Part shown: piece by piece, positions 63,659 to 64,000 of the stretch
How the letters are laid out: each line of letters begins with the position of its first letter
Position numbering within the stretch: the stretch's first letter is position 1
Assembly: GCA_963745035.1 (NCBI GenBank)
Contig: CAVUVW010000026.1
Coordinates: 96,001-160,000 of the forward strand
Length of the DNA stretch: 64,000 bases
Reading direction: 5' to 3'
Source: an uncultured delta proteobacterium
GTDB taxonomy: Bacteria; Desulfobacterota; Binatia; UBA9968
Program-made: the position numbers and the translations under genes
Notes under the pieces: model-generated
What the model was told of the DNA's origin: nothing
The model's input: the letters and a program-made list of their open reading frames with translations, nothing else
The model's database searches: none

Positions 63659-64000
63659 GTGAAACTTCGCATCGCAGCCGTGGATTTGGTCAGCAACACT
63701 TGCTTTCCGGCGCTGGCCGCCGACGAGCTTGGGTTTTTCAAGGCCGAAGGCCTGGATGCGCGTATCGAGCTCGCGGCCATGCTCGGCGCAACCAAGGCGC
63801 TTCGCGCCGGCGATGCGGACGCCATGATCGCTGGCTCGGTACACGACGTGCTCACCGAGTTTCCTGATTGGAAAGGCGTGAAGATCGCGGTGGCGCTGTC
63901 GCAGGGAACGCCGTGGCTCCTGACCGTGAGAGCGGATCTTCCAGCCCGGCGTGGGGAGCTCAATGCCGTACGCGGTCTCCGCCTCACCGCCGCCGATGGC
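63659..64000 (+). CDS. NMT1/THI5-like binding protein without signal peptide (partial)
   Basis: GGAGG RBS, GTG start: MKLRIAAVDLVSNTCFPALAADELGFFKAEGLD; runs off window. Confidence 0.8.
   Translation, partial: MKLRIAAVDLVSNTCFPALAADELGFFKAEGLDARIELAAMLGATKALRAGDADAMIAGSVHDVLTEFPDWKGVKIAVALSQGTPWLLTVRADLPARRGELNAVRGLRLTAADG

Overview
A 64-kb stretch of a fairly GC-rich bacterial chromosome. The gene content (many orphan NMT1/SsuA-type binding proteins, amidohydrolase_2 enzymes and Mo-hydroxylase large subunits) suggests a Binatia/Deltaproteobacteria-like organism; this is inference only. (1) 1-4.3 kb is a decayed accessory island: two convergent, broken SAM-methyltransferase paralogs that look like integron cassettes (one clear attC at 554-608), tRNA-Lys and tRNA-Glu att-type fragments, a tyrosine-integrase relic and small unknown-family genes, two of which share a ~65-bp leader. 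(2) 4.5-10 kb is an oppA-accB-accC-oppB-oppC cluster. (3) 10-32 kb is a catabolic and scavenging region: dipeptidase, two Mo-hydroxylase large subunits, M20, LLM, repeated binding-protein/amidohydrolase pairs, UbiD with an unannotated 48-aa Zn-ribbon neighbour, and a 3-hydroxyanthranilate dioxygenase. (4) 32.4-49 kb is housekeeping: PyrR attenuator, pyrR, a PyrB::PyrI-Zn-domain::PyrR triple fusion, carAB, recG, alaC-hom-apgM-glpX, dus, maf. (5) 49-64 kb is mixed: CMD, flavoprotein, TAXI, MEKHLA, acyltransferase, HtrA, uup, Cys-less isomerase-fold protein. The best novelty candidate is the ATCase fusion, in which the PyrI nucleotide-binding domain appears replaced by a PyrR domain that has lost its N-terminal RNA-binding face, next to a free PyrR. 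About ten single-base frameshifts suggest long-read indel errors. All homology calls are from motif recognition; no searches were run.
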